From assembly GCF_036365525.1 (NCBI RefSeq), contig NC_090380.1, forward strand, positions 89,606,708 through 89,670,707: a stretch of 64,000 nt of DNA. Reading direction: 5' to 3'. Positions 25,359 through 38,350 of this stretch are shown here, piece after piece. Position numbers and translations under genes: made by a program. Under the pieces are notes generated by a model, which was given only the letters and a program-made list of their open reading frames with translations, had not been told where the DNA came from and ran no database searches. This DNA is from Heterodontus francisci. Its lineage: Eukaryota. How positions within the stretch are numbered: position 1 is the stretch's first letter; every line of letters starts with the position of its first letter.

Positions 25359-25859
25359 GTACATATCTATATGCTTTTTGTAATAAAATGTGCATTATAG
25401 ATTTATGTAAAAAGGGGATTTGAGTCTGGGGAGTTTCCTATCCAAAGTACTTTGCTGTACATTTGAAAATCAGCTATTAAAAATGTTGAGGGGTATTCTA
25501 AATGGCCAACTGATGATGCTTTCTCTGGGGTTAGTGACTTTGGAATGGCTTTCAGGTGGCCAGAAGCCCTGTATTCTATGGAGGTACTCTAGAACACATG
25601 GGTTCTTAACTTTTTGTTCTTGTTTTCTTTCTTGCTTTCCCTTTCCTGCCCCCTCTCCTCCTCCAGTAATGTCACTAAGCAAGTTAATGGGAATGCCTTG
25701 CATGACTAAATCAAAATTGAAGATGGACTTTTTTAAAATAATTTTTCAAATTCCTAATTTTCTTGTACTTTTTCTGCCAAATTTGCTCTTTATTTTTCCC
25801 CCTTACCAGAATATGGGTATTGAGATCCCTTGGGTACTTTGCTCTGGTTTGAACTTTGA

Positions 25860-28010
25860 CAGGCTCCTCGGGTGAAGGTGCTAAATTGGGGGAAGGCTAA
25901 TTCTAACAATATTAGGCAGGAACTGAAGAATTTAGATTGGGGGTGGCTGTTTGAGGGTAAATCAACATCTGACATGTGGGAGTCTTTCAAACTTCAGCTG
26001 ATTAGAATCCAGGACCAGCATGTTCCTGTGAGGAAGAAAGACAAGTTTGGCAAGTTTCGGGAAGCTTGGATAACACTGGATATTGTGAGCCTAGTCAAAA
26101 AGAAAAAGGAAGCATTTGTAAGGGCGGGAAGGCTAGGAACAGATGAAGCACTTGAGGAATATAAAGACAGTAGGAAGGAACTTAAGCAAGGAGTTAGGAG
26201 GGCTAAAAGGGGTCATGAAAAGTCATTGGCAAACAAGGCTTTTTATACATATATAAAGAGCAAGAGGGTAACCAGGGAAAGGGTCGGCCCACTCAAGGAC
26301 AGAGATGGGAATCGATGTGTGGAGCCAGAGGAAATGGGCGAGGTGCTAAATGAGTACTTTGCATCAGTATTCACCAAGGAGAAGGACTTGGTGGATGATG
26401 AGCCTAGGGAAAGGAGTGCAGATAGTCTCAGTCATCTCGTTATCAAAAAGGAGGTGTTGGGTGTCTTGCAAAGCATTAAGGTAGATAAGTCCCCAGGGCC
26501 TGATGGGATCTACCCCAGAATACTGAGGGAGGCAAGGGAAGAAATTGCTGGGGCCTTGACAGAAATCTTTGCATCATCATTGGCTACAGGTGAGATCCCA
26601 GAGGACTGGAAAATAGCCAATGTTGTTCCTTTGTTTAAGAAGGGTGGCAAGGATAATCCAGGAAATTATAGGCCGGTGAGCCTTACGTCAATGGTAGGGA
26701 AACTATTAGAGCGGATTCTTCGGGACAGGATTTACTCCCATTTGGAAACAAACGAACTTATTAGTGAGAGACAGCATGGTTTTGTGAAGGGGAGGTCGTG
26801 TCTTACTAATTTGATTGAGTTTTTTGAGGAAGTGACTAAGATGGTTGATGAGGGAAGGGCGGTGGATGTTGTCTATATGGACTTCAGTAAAGCCTTTGAC
26901 AAGGTCCCGCATGGCAGACTGGTGCAAAAGGTGAAGTCACATGGGATCAGAGGTGAGCTGGCAAGATGGATACAGAACTGGCTCAGTCACAGAAGACAGA
27001 GTAACAGTGGATGGGTGTTTTTCTGAATGGAGGGATGTGACTAGTGGTGTTCTGCAGGGATCAGTGCTGGGACCTTTGCTGTTTGTAGTATATATAAATG
27101 ATTTGGAGGAAAATGTAGCTGGTCTGATTAGTAAGTTTGCGGACGACACAAAGGTTGGTGGAGTTGCGGATAATGATGAGGATACAGCAGGATATAGATC
27201 GGTTAGAGACTTGGGCGGAGAAATGGCAGATGGAGTTTAATCCAGACAAATGTGAGGTAATGCATTTTGGAAGGTCTAATGCAGGTGGGAGGTATACAGT
27301 AAATGGCAGAACCCTTGGGAGTATTGACAGGCAGAGAGATCTGGGCGTACAGGTCCACAGGTCACTGAAAGTGGCAACGCAGGTGGATAAGGTAGTCAAG
27401 AAGGCATACAGCATGCTTGCCTTCATCGGTTGGGGCATAGAGTATAAAAATTGGCAAGTCATGTTGCAGCTGTACAGAACCTTAGTTAGGCCACACTTAG
27501 AATATTGCGTGCAATTCTGGTCGCCACACTACCAGAAGGACGTGGAGGCTTTATAGAGGGTACAGAGGAGGTTTACCAGGATGTTGCCTGGTCTGGAGGG
27601 CATTAGCAATGAGGAGAAGTTGGAAAAACTCGGATTGTTTTCACTGGGGCGACATGATAGAGGTTTACAATGTTATGAGTGGCATGGACAGAGTGGATAG
27701 TCAGAAGCTTTTTCCCAGGGTGGAAGAGTCAGTTACTAGGGGACATAGGTTTAAGGTGCGAGGGGATGTGCGAGGCAAGTTCTTTACACAGAGGGTGGTG
27801 AGTGCCTGGAACTTGCTGCCAGGGGAGGTGGTGGAAGCAGATACGATAGCGACATTTAAGAGACATCTTGACAAATACATGAATAGGGAGGGAATAGAGG
27901 GATATGGGCCCCGGAAGTGCAGAAGGTGTTAGTTTCGGCAGGCATCAGGATCGGTGCAGGCTTGGAGGGCCGAATGGCTTGTTCCTGTGCTGTACTGTTC
28001 TTTGTTCTTT
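25860..28010 (+). mobile_element. Young CR1 LINE, 5'-truncated, long RT reading frame
   Basis: 384 aa ORF 25872..27026 with [37 protein letters not shown]; then SKFADD and LEYCVQFWSP after frameshifts; TTCTTTGTTCTTT tail. Confidence 0.95.
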
Positions 28011-28339
28011 GATGCAAGAATTATCCAGCCCAATGCTACACATACCCTAATATTCACACTTCTGGTAGATGTTACTGAATTGTAATTTTTGTTCTCCAGA
28101 CTCCTGCCCCAGCCCAAACTCTGATGACTAAGGAACTTGGGCGTCTATCTTTTTTCTAATATAATAGGGATAGTGCTTTTTAAGGAAAATTGCCTGTCAC
28201 TACCTTGCCTTCTCCAATAAGTTTGTGTTGTGTATCTTGACGTATAACACATGAGCAAAGGGAACCTTCCTATTTCGAGTACAGTCTTGCATCTTTTTTT
28301 CTCTGAATCTATTGAATAAAACTTTCTCTTTCCCTGAAT

Positions 28340-28500
28340 GCTCAGTTGGAAAGTTCACTGAGCACAATAGAACTGAGCCACATAGACCAGGAAGCTTCTA
28401 AGTTCAATCTCTGTACTGAGCTGAGTTGCCTAATCTCAATTAGTGGCAGTAAGTTATTAGAACTTTCTCTAACCTGGGCTGGGGAGGGGAAAAATCAACC
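28340..28500 (+). mobile_element. LF-SINE-like ancient SINE head
   Basis: GCTCAGTTGG..CTGAGCCACATAGACCAGGAAG..GTTCAATC..GCTGAGTTG resembles the LF-SINE 5' region (from recall). Confidence 0.45.
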
Positions 28501-28619
28501 AGCGTTGGTATAAATGCAATATACTGTAAAAGCAAAGGATTGAGGCTGACTAACCCCATGGTTAAATACAGACTATTTCTCTGGAATCCTATATCAAAAA
28601 TGGCTACATAAGGGCTATA

Positions 28620-29970
28620 AAAACATCGTAGTAAACCATGTGGCCTGTCAAGCCTGCTCTGCCATTCACTATGATCATGGCTGATCTTTGGCTTCAACTC
28701 CACTTTCCTGCTTGCTCCCTAAATCCCTTGATTCCCTGAGACACTAAAAAATCTCCCTATCTTAGCCTTAAATGTATTCAATGATGGTACATCCACAGCC
28801 CTCTAGGGTAAAGAATTCCAAGATTCATAACCCTTTTGAGTGAAGAAATTTCTCATCTCCTAAACAATCAGCACCTGATCCTGAAACTGTCCACCCTTGT
28901 TCTAGATTCCCCAGCCAGAGGAAACAATGTCTGTTTCTACCCTGTCAAGCCCCTTCATAATCTTGAATGTTTCAATGAGATCACCTCTCATTCTTAATGC
29001 CAGAGAATACAGACTCAATTTACTCAGCCTCTCATCATAGGACACCTCTCTCATTGCAGGGACCAATCTAATGAAATATGGAGACCAAAACTGCACAGTA
29101 TTCCAGGTGTGGTCTCACCAAAACCTTGTACAATTGTAGCAAGACTACTTTTTCTTGTACCCTAATCCCCTCGCAATAAAGTCCAACATGCAATTTTCTT
29201 AATTGCTTGCTCTACCTGCATGCTGTGTTCTTCGTTCGAGTACACCAAGTCTCTCTGAACATTAACATTTTCATGCCTTTTCAAAAGAAATTCTGCTTTT
29301 CAATGCTCACTACCAAAGTGAATAACCTCTCACTTTCCCCACATTATACTCCATCTGTTATCTTATTAGCCTGTCTATCTCTCTTTGCAGCTTCTGTGTC
29401 CTCCTCACAACTTGTATTTCCACCTAACTTTGTCTCGCAGCAAATTTAGATACATTACTCTGTCTCTTTGTCTAAGCCTTTAGAAAATATAAACAGGAGT
29501 AGGGCATTCAGTCCCTCAAGCCTGTTCTGCCATTCAATTAGATCATGTCTGATCTGCATCTTTGTCCATTTATCTGCTTTGGTTTCATTTTCCATAATAT
29601 CCTTATAACAAAAATCTTATCAACCTCAGTTTTGAAATTTTCAACTGATCTAGTCTCCATAGTTTTTTTTTGGTTGGTTGGGTGGAGGGTGGTGGTTCAG
29701 AGTGTGGGAGTGTAAAGTACATCCTGGCATTACCCCCTGAACAGCCTAGCTCTAATTTCAAGGTTATGCCCCGTTGATCTGGACAATCTAACCAGAGGAA
29801 ATGGCTTCCCTATAAAATTATTCAATCATCTTAAACACCTCCATTTACGTCACTACTTAATCATTTTTTTTTATGTTCAAGGGAATATAAACTTAGTCTA
29901 CACAACCTTTCCTCATAATTTAACCCTGTTAGTCCTGTATCATTGCTGGTGAATCTGCATTGCTCCCTCT
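28620..29970 (-). mobile_element. Two CR1 3' fragments
   Basis: QFWSPY, LSKLSLYSLALRMRGDLIETFKIMKG; second tail AGGAGTAGGGCATTCAG near 29495. Confidence 0.8.
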
Positions 29971-30811
29971 CTCCTATATGCATCATCTGTTTGAGTGTCA
30001 AAAGCCTTAGCTCCGAAAAAATGTATAAAGACATCTCTGAACAATTGAGAAAATCTACCAAAAAATGACCAATCAATTCAATTTTCCCCCTAATAGTTGG
30101 CTCCCTCTTATGTCTGTAACAGAATATATCTCATACTACACGTTTCACAGTGTAATAAACTTGTATATGGAATTGTTTTCTTTGAGAGAGTGAGAAGCAT
30201 TGTCCTGGGCTTCAGATCACTTCGGTTGGCATGTATGTACATGTGCTGACCACACCACTTTCTTATTCACTCACCACTACTACCAAATTGTGGATTATAC
30301 TGCATCTTGGAATGTTCTGGCAGAAATATACTCAGTTGATTGAAGAATGGGGCATGGCTGTAAATTTGACAGTCCACTGTAAATCAATGGCCATGACTAA
30401 TAAATCATGCATTAAATTGCATAATGCCTCTATTGATGTACCTTCCTAATGCCATGAGAGATTCACTCACTACTTTTTTTTAAAAAACATAGTTACTACA
30501 CTTTTGGTAAATTCATCTGAGTTTACTACAGCGCTATGCTAACATTGTGCTTAAAACAGAGGTCCACTAAGATGCAAGCGCCCTCTCAATCCTTTGCACA
30601 GTTCTTGTTCAAGAACTATCAGCAAGCATTTTGGCTAACTATTTTGGGGAAGCAGTCCTGATGTTGGTAGCACTGTAAGCTTGATCCATGCACTAAAAAG
30701 TTGAATAATTTAAGAAAGTGAGGACGAAGCATTGTTTCGCAATCTATTTCATTAATGAAAAAAAAAGCTAGACTTTCAGGCATGAAATAACAAACTGTTC
30801 TTCTCTTACAG

Positions 30812-30923
30812 ACTTAGAATTGCATATACACAGAGCAAATTAATCAAACCCTGCCTTGAAGAGTTGGATAAGATTATCGAGGTGCTGAAATGCAGCCCAC
30901 CAGAACAAAATCTGTCTTGTTAA
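30812..30923 (+). CDS. Cut8/Sts1-domain protein, exon 7 (terminal)
   Basis: Acceptor TTCTTCTCTTACAG|; phase 2 completes CG+A (R), then LRIAYTQSKLIKPCLEELDKIIEVLKCSPPEQNLSC-TAA. Confidence 0.78.
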
Positions 30924-32200
30924 TTATTTAAAATATTTGAGATTGTATCTTGAATAAGTCATCATGCAGGTTTGTCCATAGTAAGAAAATCCTAGTGGCT
31001 TAATGGCAAATGACAGCTGGATTTCCTACAGTTGCACAAAAACTACAAATTGACTTTTTTTGTAAGACTAGAGGTGTCCAAATTAGGGCATTCTTACTTG
31101 GGATCCAGTCTTGGACAACATATGGAAAGTTGGAACGGAAATTGAGATTAAAAGGTGGGCACTGGGAAATACATGGAGAAAACTCCAGTATATTTGGTTG
31201 GTGGAGAAAATTAGTAGTTACATCGTCTTAAAATTGCATTTTTGGGGAGCTTGTGACGTAAAATTAAACTAGTTCACTTTTTTTTTAAGAATAGCTTGTT
31301 TTAACAACTTAACATTAAAAATGGTGACTACAGATGGTTGTCCACAATTGTGGACAATTAGAATAATAGATCCTCTGACATTCTTTAAGATTTGTGCAAA
31401 TTTGGTACTGTTCATTTTGGAAATTTCTAAAGGCATCTTTTTTCCGTGGAAATAAGCCATTGTGTGAAGTTGAGTTTTTAAGGTTAGAATTGCACACGTT
31501 GATTGAAAATGTACTGCTTTTTATTTAATTCCATTTGTATTAAACTAAAAATTAAATGTTTAGATCATAGTAAGCAGGTAGAATTTGTAGTTATAATTGC
31601 AACAGGAGTAATTTAGTGCAATAGCAATATTAGTAATCTAATAATGGCAATTGCACTTTAACCTTGACCAAGTATGTTGGGTTTTCGATATAAAACTTAA
31701 ACATATTTGGGAATGAATTTTGACCAGTGTTGGGGATACTTTGCATGTATGTATTAAAGAAAAAAGTAATTGTCTATGGATTTCGTAAATGTATACATTT
31801 GTCTTGTGTTATGAGTAGTGCTCTTAATGTAATATTGAAATGGCGTACAATGCCGCAAATGACACAAAATGTCATTTCATGTCTGTCTTTTGTGAGTAAT
31901 TTGGTTATTTAGAATTTTTCCAAATAAAATGAAATTGGATTACAAAAGTATGATTTTTTTAAAAATGCACGTAACATTGGTAAATCATACAAACTCTTTA
32001 ATCTAATTTAAATGCAAACAATGCTTTGTAGAAATATTGCAAATGGATTAATTTGCAACGTTTCTATCATGCAGGATGTATGAAGGATTCTATGTTCTAG
32101 TGAAAATGATACTTTTAACATTGGGCAATTAATTTTTACAATGCATTTACAACCTGATGAAGGAAAAATGCAACTAATAAATTCAACAGCTCATTCCATA
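30924..32200 (+). other. Probable 3' UTR with poly(A) signals
   Basis: AT-rich stretch without recognisable repeats after the stop; AATAAA at 31923 and 32176. Confidence 0.55.
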
Positions 32201-32269
32201 TTGAGAACACAATATGTTGGCCCTTGCCATCTATAATCATATTTTGAATGATTACATTTACATCCTAGC

Positions 32270-33170
32270 TTTGACTGAAACTTAGTCTCTTGCTCTCTAA
32301 ACTCTATTCCTACTAAACTGACCAGGCTGGCAACTATGTTAGCTGATATTAATGGTGCTCTCTCCTCAGGTACTATTCCCCTCTTCAAATCTGCAATTAT
32401 CACCCCTCTCCTCCAAAAAAAAACTCTTGACCCCTCTGACCTTACAAACAACTGCCCATCTCCAACCTCCTTTCATCTTCAAAGTCCTTGAATGTGTTGC
32501 CTCCTGAACCCATGCCCATCTTTCTTGGAACTTCATGTTTGAATCCCTCTGATCAGGATTTCACCCTGCCACAGTACTGAAACGGCTCTTATCAAAGTCA
32601 CAAATGACATCCTAGTTGACAGTGACAGAGGTGAACTATCCCTCCTTGTCCTTTCTTGACCTGTCTGCAACCGTTGACATGGTTGACTATGGAATTCTGC
32701 TCTAATGCCTGCGCACTGTCATCCAGCTGGGTGCAATTGCGCTTGCTTGGTTTCATTATCTATTCAGTTGCAGCCAGAGAATCGCTTCTCTTCCCACTCC
32801 TTTACTGTTAACTCCGATGTTCCCCAAGGATTTAGCCTTTGCCACAACCCCCCCACCCCCCACACATCCTATTTCTCCTCTACATGCTGCTGCTCGGTGA
32901 CATTATCTGAAAACACAGCGTCAGTTTCCACATGTGCACTGGCAATACCCAGTTCTACCTCACCTTCATTGTCTCTAAACTGTCAGACTGCTTGTCTGGC
33001 ATCCAGTACTGGATGAGCAAAAATTTCCTCCAACTAAATATTGGGAAGACAGAAGGCTATTGTCTCCAGATCCCATCTCACACTCTGTTCTATTGCCACC
33101 AATTCCATCCCTCTCCCTGTCAACTGTCTTGCAATTGAGCCAGATTGTTCACAAGCTTGTTGGATTTGAT
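32270..33170 (+). mobile_element. L2 LINE RT fragment
   Basis: HSTETALIKVTNDIL-like sequence, GACCTGTCTGCAACCGTTGAC (DLSAAFD-like), FLQLNIGKTE. Confidence 0.8.
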
Positions 33171-33909
33171 CCTGACATTCTCAACACAGGACAGGTTTTC
33201 TTGAACTTAAACAAGAAAGAGATAGCTTTATTATACTTAACACTCTAACTCGAATTAAAAATACGCTACACATTCACGCACACATTCACACACACAAATA
33301 GATTACAGGAGGGAAAATAGATTTGATGGTTGGATTAAAGTCCAGAATAAATGGAACTTAAATGCAGTCTGTAAAGTGGGTGATCCAGTAGTCCTCGTCT
33401 GAAGCTATATTCTTGAAGTACTTGGTTGGTTAAAGTATATTTTGGCTGGCTTGCTTTGCTCAGGGTTTTCCTGAAGGCAGAATCTGTAGTTGGCTCTCTT
33501 TCCCCTTGTCGCTGGCTGTAGCGGTCTGTAGGCTTCAAGGATCCCCCAGTCGCAGATGGTTTTCACTTGATGTTTTCTGGGGCGGGCGGGGGGGGGAGGG
33601 TGGTGGGGGAGGAGAGACGGCTGCTGTCCACCTGGTTACTGCCTGTCTGCTTCTGTGTTAAAACCTGCAGTTTCTTCTGAGATGGACAGACAGTCACATG
33701 GTTTTTTCAATCCTTTTTGTTTTTAATGAGGTCCAAAGTCTAAAACCCAAAACTTTTCTTAGGTGGGGTTGGCAGTGTTTACTCCCTGGAGGGACGTCTC
33801 CATTTACGAATGTCTCGAGATGGTTTGGAATGTCCCGCTAACGGGGGTGATTTGGCTAATCTACTCAGTTAGCCAAAGCAAAGGGTTGGGCTTCTAGTTA
33901 GACTTTTTG

Positions 33910-35100
33910 TCTCCAGCTCAACCTCCTAGTATTTCAAATGTCAATTACAGTGGTCTGAATGGCTTGCATCCCACGTTGTTAAAGGAAGTGGGGATGGAGA
34001 AAGCGGAAGGGCTTGTTATAATCTTCCAAGCTTCCTGACATATGAGGAAGGTGCCAGACGATTATTCAAGAAAGGGTGGAAGGACAGTCCTAGCAGCTAC
34101 AGGCCAGTTAGATTAACATCAGTGGTGGGTAAGGTTTTAGAAACAATCGTCAGGGAAAAAAATCAACAAATACTTGGAGAGATTCGAGTTAATTAAGTAT
34201 AGCCAGCACGGAGTTGTAAAAGGCAGATCATGCTTGACTAATCTAATTGAATTTTATGATGAAATAACAGACAAGGTTGATGAAAGGAATGCGGTGGATG
34301 TTGTTTATATGGAATTTTAAGAAAGCATTTGATGAGATGCCACATAGAAGGCTGGTTAACAAAACTGAGGGTCAATGTCCAAATGGATAAAAAAAAAAAT
34401 TGGCTTAAGGACAGAAAACAGTGAGTCATAGTAAATGGTTGTTTTTCAGACTGGAGGATGGTAGACAGTGGTGTTGGGTGTTCCCCAAGGGTCAGTGCGG
34501 GGACCACTTTTTTTTTTCTATATATAAATGACTTGGATCTTGGAATGCAGAGTAGAATCTCAAAATTTGCAGATGACACCAAACTTGGGCAGTGTGGCAA
34601 ACAGTGAGGATGATATGAACCATCTGCAACAGGATAGAGATAGGCTAGCAGAATGGGCAGACAGGTGGCAAATGGAATTTAATGCTGACAAGTGTGAGGT
34701 GATGCATTTTGGCAGAAGGACTAGGGAGAGGCAATATATACTTAAAGGCGCGGTTCTAAAGAGTGTGCAGGAACAGAGACACCTGGAGCTGCATGTGCAT
34801 CGATCTTTGAAGGTGGCAGGACATATTGAGAGAGTGGTTAGCTAAGCATATGGGATCTTGGGCTTTATAAATAGAGGCATTGAGTACAAAAGCAGGGAAG
34901 TTATGCTGAACCTTTATAAAGCTCTGGTTCGGCCCCAACTGCAGTATTGTGTCAAGTTCTGGTCACCACATCTCCGGAAGGATGTGACGGTTCTTGAAAG
35001 GGTGCAGAGGAGATTTGTCAGAATGGAGGATTGAGGGGAGATTTAAAACAAGTGTACAAGATTGTGACAGGTTTTGATAAGTTATATAAGGACAAACTTA
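33910..35100 (+). mobile_element. CR1 LINE fragment
   Basis: QHGVVKGRSCLTNLIEF, WADRWQMEFNADKCEVMHFGR. Confidence 0.85.
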
Positions 35101-35103
35101 TAT

Positions 35104-35445
35104 GGGCGGCGCAGTGGTTAGCACCGCAGCCTCACAGCTCCAGCGACCCGGGTTCAATTCTGGGTACTGCCTGTGCGGAGTTTGCAAGTTCTCCCTGTGT
35201 CTGCGTGGGTTTTCGCCGGGTACTCCGGTTTCCTCCCACCACCAAAAGACTTGCAGGTTGATAGGTAAATTGGCCATTATAAGTTGCCCCTAGTATAGGT
35301 AGGTGGTAGGAGAATATAGGGACAGGTGGGGATGTGGTAGGAATATGGGATTAGTGTAGGATTAGTATAAATGGGTGGTTGATGGTCGGCACAGACTTGG
35401 TGGGCCTGTTTCAGTGCTGTATCTCTAAATAAAATAAAAAATAAA
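35104..35445 (+). mobile_element. HE1-type V-SINE, full length
   Basis: Intact tRNA-like head, V-domain, CR1-derived tail TTTCAGTGCTGTATCTCTAAATAAAATAAA. Confidence 0.92.
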
Positions 35446-35454
35446 CACATACAC

Positions 35455-35965
35455 CATCACTAAAACTGCCTATTTCCATCTGGAATATTGCCCAACTCTG
35501 CCTCATCTCAGTTCATCTGCTGAAATCCTTGTCAATGCCTTTTTTACCTCCTAGATTTAGCTCTTCCAGCCACTTCTGGCTGGCCCCCCAAGTTCTACTC
35601 TCCACAAACTTGTCATTCAAAACTGATTCCCATGTCATCCTTGTTTTCAAATTCCTCCATGGACTGAACCCTCCCAGCTCTGTGATCTCCAGCCTTACAG
35701 CCCCTGAGATCTCTGCACTCTGCCAAATCTGGCCTCTTCAACATTCCTGATTTTCATTGCTGCACCACCAGCAGCCCTAAGCTCTAGAATTCCCTTCCTA
35801 AACCCCTCTGCCTCACTACTATTTCATCCTTTTAAGACTTCTTTTAAAACCTACTTCTATGACTAAGCTTTTGGCTGAATCTCCTGCTGTGACTCAGTCA
35901 AATTTTGCTTCATAATGCTTGTAAACACCTTGGCACATTTTGTTACATTAAAGGTGCTATAAATG
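35455..35965 (+). mobile_element. L2 3' fragment
   Basis: ILVFKFLHGL and tail AAAGGTGCTATAAATGCAA. Confidence 0.7.
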
Positions 35966-36189
35966 CAATTTTTCAAAGTTTTGCTGTCTGGCTATATTTT
36001 CTACCTGCTGTAATGAGGTGGTGGCCCTGTTCAAGTTGCAACTCAACAGGGCTGGGAACCAATTTCCTCCCAGTAAGTTTAGTCTGTGGAGTAAGGTTGA
36101 AGCTAATTTGGCAGGGGAAGGGGCACCAGAATGAAGCTTGAGAGGAGTTGCAAGATGAAGAGAGAGAGAGAAAGAATTATAATAGAGTA

Positions 36190-38350
36190 GTTCAGAATTG
36201 GGAGGGAGCAGACCAAAGTGTTGGGGGGGAGGGAAATAAAGCATTGATCAAAGATACTGACAGCACTAGAAAGAATGAATGGACTTGATTAGATTTAAAG
36301 AACAATAGAGAAGCTATTATGCTGCTGGATGTATACTATAGGCCACCAAATATTGGGAAGGAGATAAAGGAACAAATTGCAGACGGATGCAAGAACTTTC
36401 TATTCCCGCTAATCTGCTAACTGCCCAACTTCACTTCTTGGTCCCCATCTTAGCTGATATTAGTGGTTCTCTCTCTTTAGGTATAGTTCCCTCCTTCAAA
36501 TCTGCTGTCATTACTCTTCTCAAAAAAACAACCCTTGACCCTACTTTCCTTGCAAAATACTGTCCCATCTCCAACCTCAGTTTCCTTTCAAGTCTTTGAA
36601 TGTGTTGCCTCCCAAATTTATTCCTATCTTTCCCAGAGCTCCATGTCTGCATCCTTTCAATCAGGTTTCTGCCCTGCCACAGGACTCAAAAGGCTCTGTC
36701 ACAATGGCATCCTACGTGACTGACAAAGGTAAGTTATCTTTTCTTGTCCTTCTCAATCTTCCTGCAGCCTTTGACATGATTGACCACTCCATCCTCCTCC
36801 AACGCTTCTCCACTGTCATCCAGCTGGGTGGGACTGTTCTCACCTCTGGTTCTGTTCTTACCTCTGGTTCTGTTCTTACTCTACCTATGATTAGATTGGT
36901 ATCATCTGCAATGGTTTCTCTTCCTACTCCTGTATTGTTACCTCAGGTGTCCCACAAAGATCTATTCTTGGATCTACTTCTGGGGAATGAAGTGGGGTGG
37001 TGAGGCTAAGTGGAGCATGTTTCAGTAGGGGGAAGCTTTCATATTCAACTGATCATATTGGTTCAGAAAAGGACAAGATCAAATATGAAAATGCTCAATT
37101 GGAGGAAAGCTAATTTCAGTGAGTTGAAAAGGGATCTGGCCCATGTGGATTGGAATCAATGGTCATCAGGTAAAACAGTAAATGAGTGTTGGGAGGCTTC
37201 GAAGAGGCGGTAGCTTATGCAGACTCTCTAGATGACTAAACATAGAGTGAGTAAAAAAATAAAATAAGGAAGCTTATGACAAATTCTATGTTCATAATTC
37301 AGTGGAGAACCAAGTTGAATATAAAAAGTACAGGGAGAACTGAAAAAGGAAGTGAGAGGGGCAAAGAAGGTATGAGAATATATTAGCAGGTAACATAAAA
37401 GGGAACCCAACTGTGTTTTGTACAATGGAAGGGTGTGGCCAATGAGACTATAAATCTTTGGAAGCAGAGAGCTGGCTGAGGTACTAAATGAGTATTTTGA
37501 ATCAGTCTTCATGAAAGATGATAATGCCAATATCATACTTAAGGAGGACATAGTAGTGAAATGGCCAGATACATGGCAGATGATATTTAACACAAAAGTG
37601 TAAACTGATTCCTCTTGTTAGAATGAGGATAAGCAATATAAACTAAATGGTACAATTTTGAAGGGGGTATGGGAACAGAAAGACCTTGGGATATATTTAC
37701 ACAAATCTATGAAGTGGCAAGTTAAGAAGGCTGTTAAATCGGCATTCAAAATGCTTGGCTTTCTCAATGGTAACCTGAAGTACAAAAGCAAGGAAGTTAT
37801 GCTGAACTTTTATTAAATACTAGTTGGACCCCATCTGGAGTACTGCAGCCAACCTGGGCATCACAATTAAGGATGGCAAGACCTTTTCAGAGGATCCAGC
37901 AGAGATTTACCAGAATGGTATCAAGGATGAAAAATTCAGTAAAAGAAAGCAGAGGAAACTGGGGTTGTTCTTAAAGCAGGGAAGGTTAAGAGGAGATTTG
38001 ATAGAGGTGTTCAAAATCATGAAGTGTTTTTATAGAATAAATAAGAGGAAACTGCTTCCAGTAGAAGGTTTGGTAACCAGAAAAACAGGTTGAAGGTAAT
38101 TAGCAAAAGAACTACAGAGGCAACTTGAGGGAAATAAATACAACAAATTGTTATGCACTGCCACAAAGGGGCAGATTAAATAATAACTTTCAAAAGGGAA
38201 TTGGATAAATACTTGAAGACGACAAAAATTTGCCAGGCCATTGAGAAAGAGCAGGGGAGTGGAATTAACTAGGTAGCTCATTCAAAAGAACCACCAGAGG
38301 CATGATAGGCTGACTGGCCTCCTTTTGGGCAATATCATTCTATAATTCCA
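36190..38350 (+). mobile_element. Old CR1 (endonuclease to 3' end, with deletions) carrying an L2 fragment at 36400-36975
   Basis: LLDVYYRPP, LNWRKANFSELKRDLAHVDW, RLRGDLIEVFKIMK; L2 part FKSAVITLLKKTTLDP, LLNLPAAFDMIDHSILL. Confidence 0.75.
36835..36879. repeat. 18-bp tandem repeat, ~2.5 copies
   Basis: TGTTCTCACCTCTGGTTC TGTTCTTACCTCTGGTTC TGTTCTTAC. Confidence 0.85.

Noticed and set aside
25872-27026. 384-aa reverse-transcriptase ORF as a host gene or novel RT system
   Set aside because: Ordinary CR1 ORF2 piece: 5'-truncated, frameshifted downstream, with many paralogous fragments in the window
35104-35165. tRNA genes (also near 10676, 9365, 20365-20430)
   Set aside because: tRNA-derived SINE heads with A/B boxes but no complete cloverleaf; at 35104, 10676 and 9365 they run into SINE bodies
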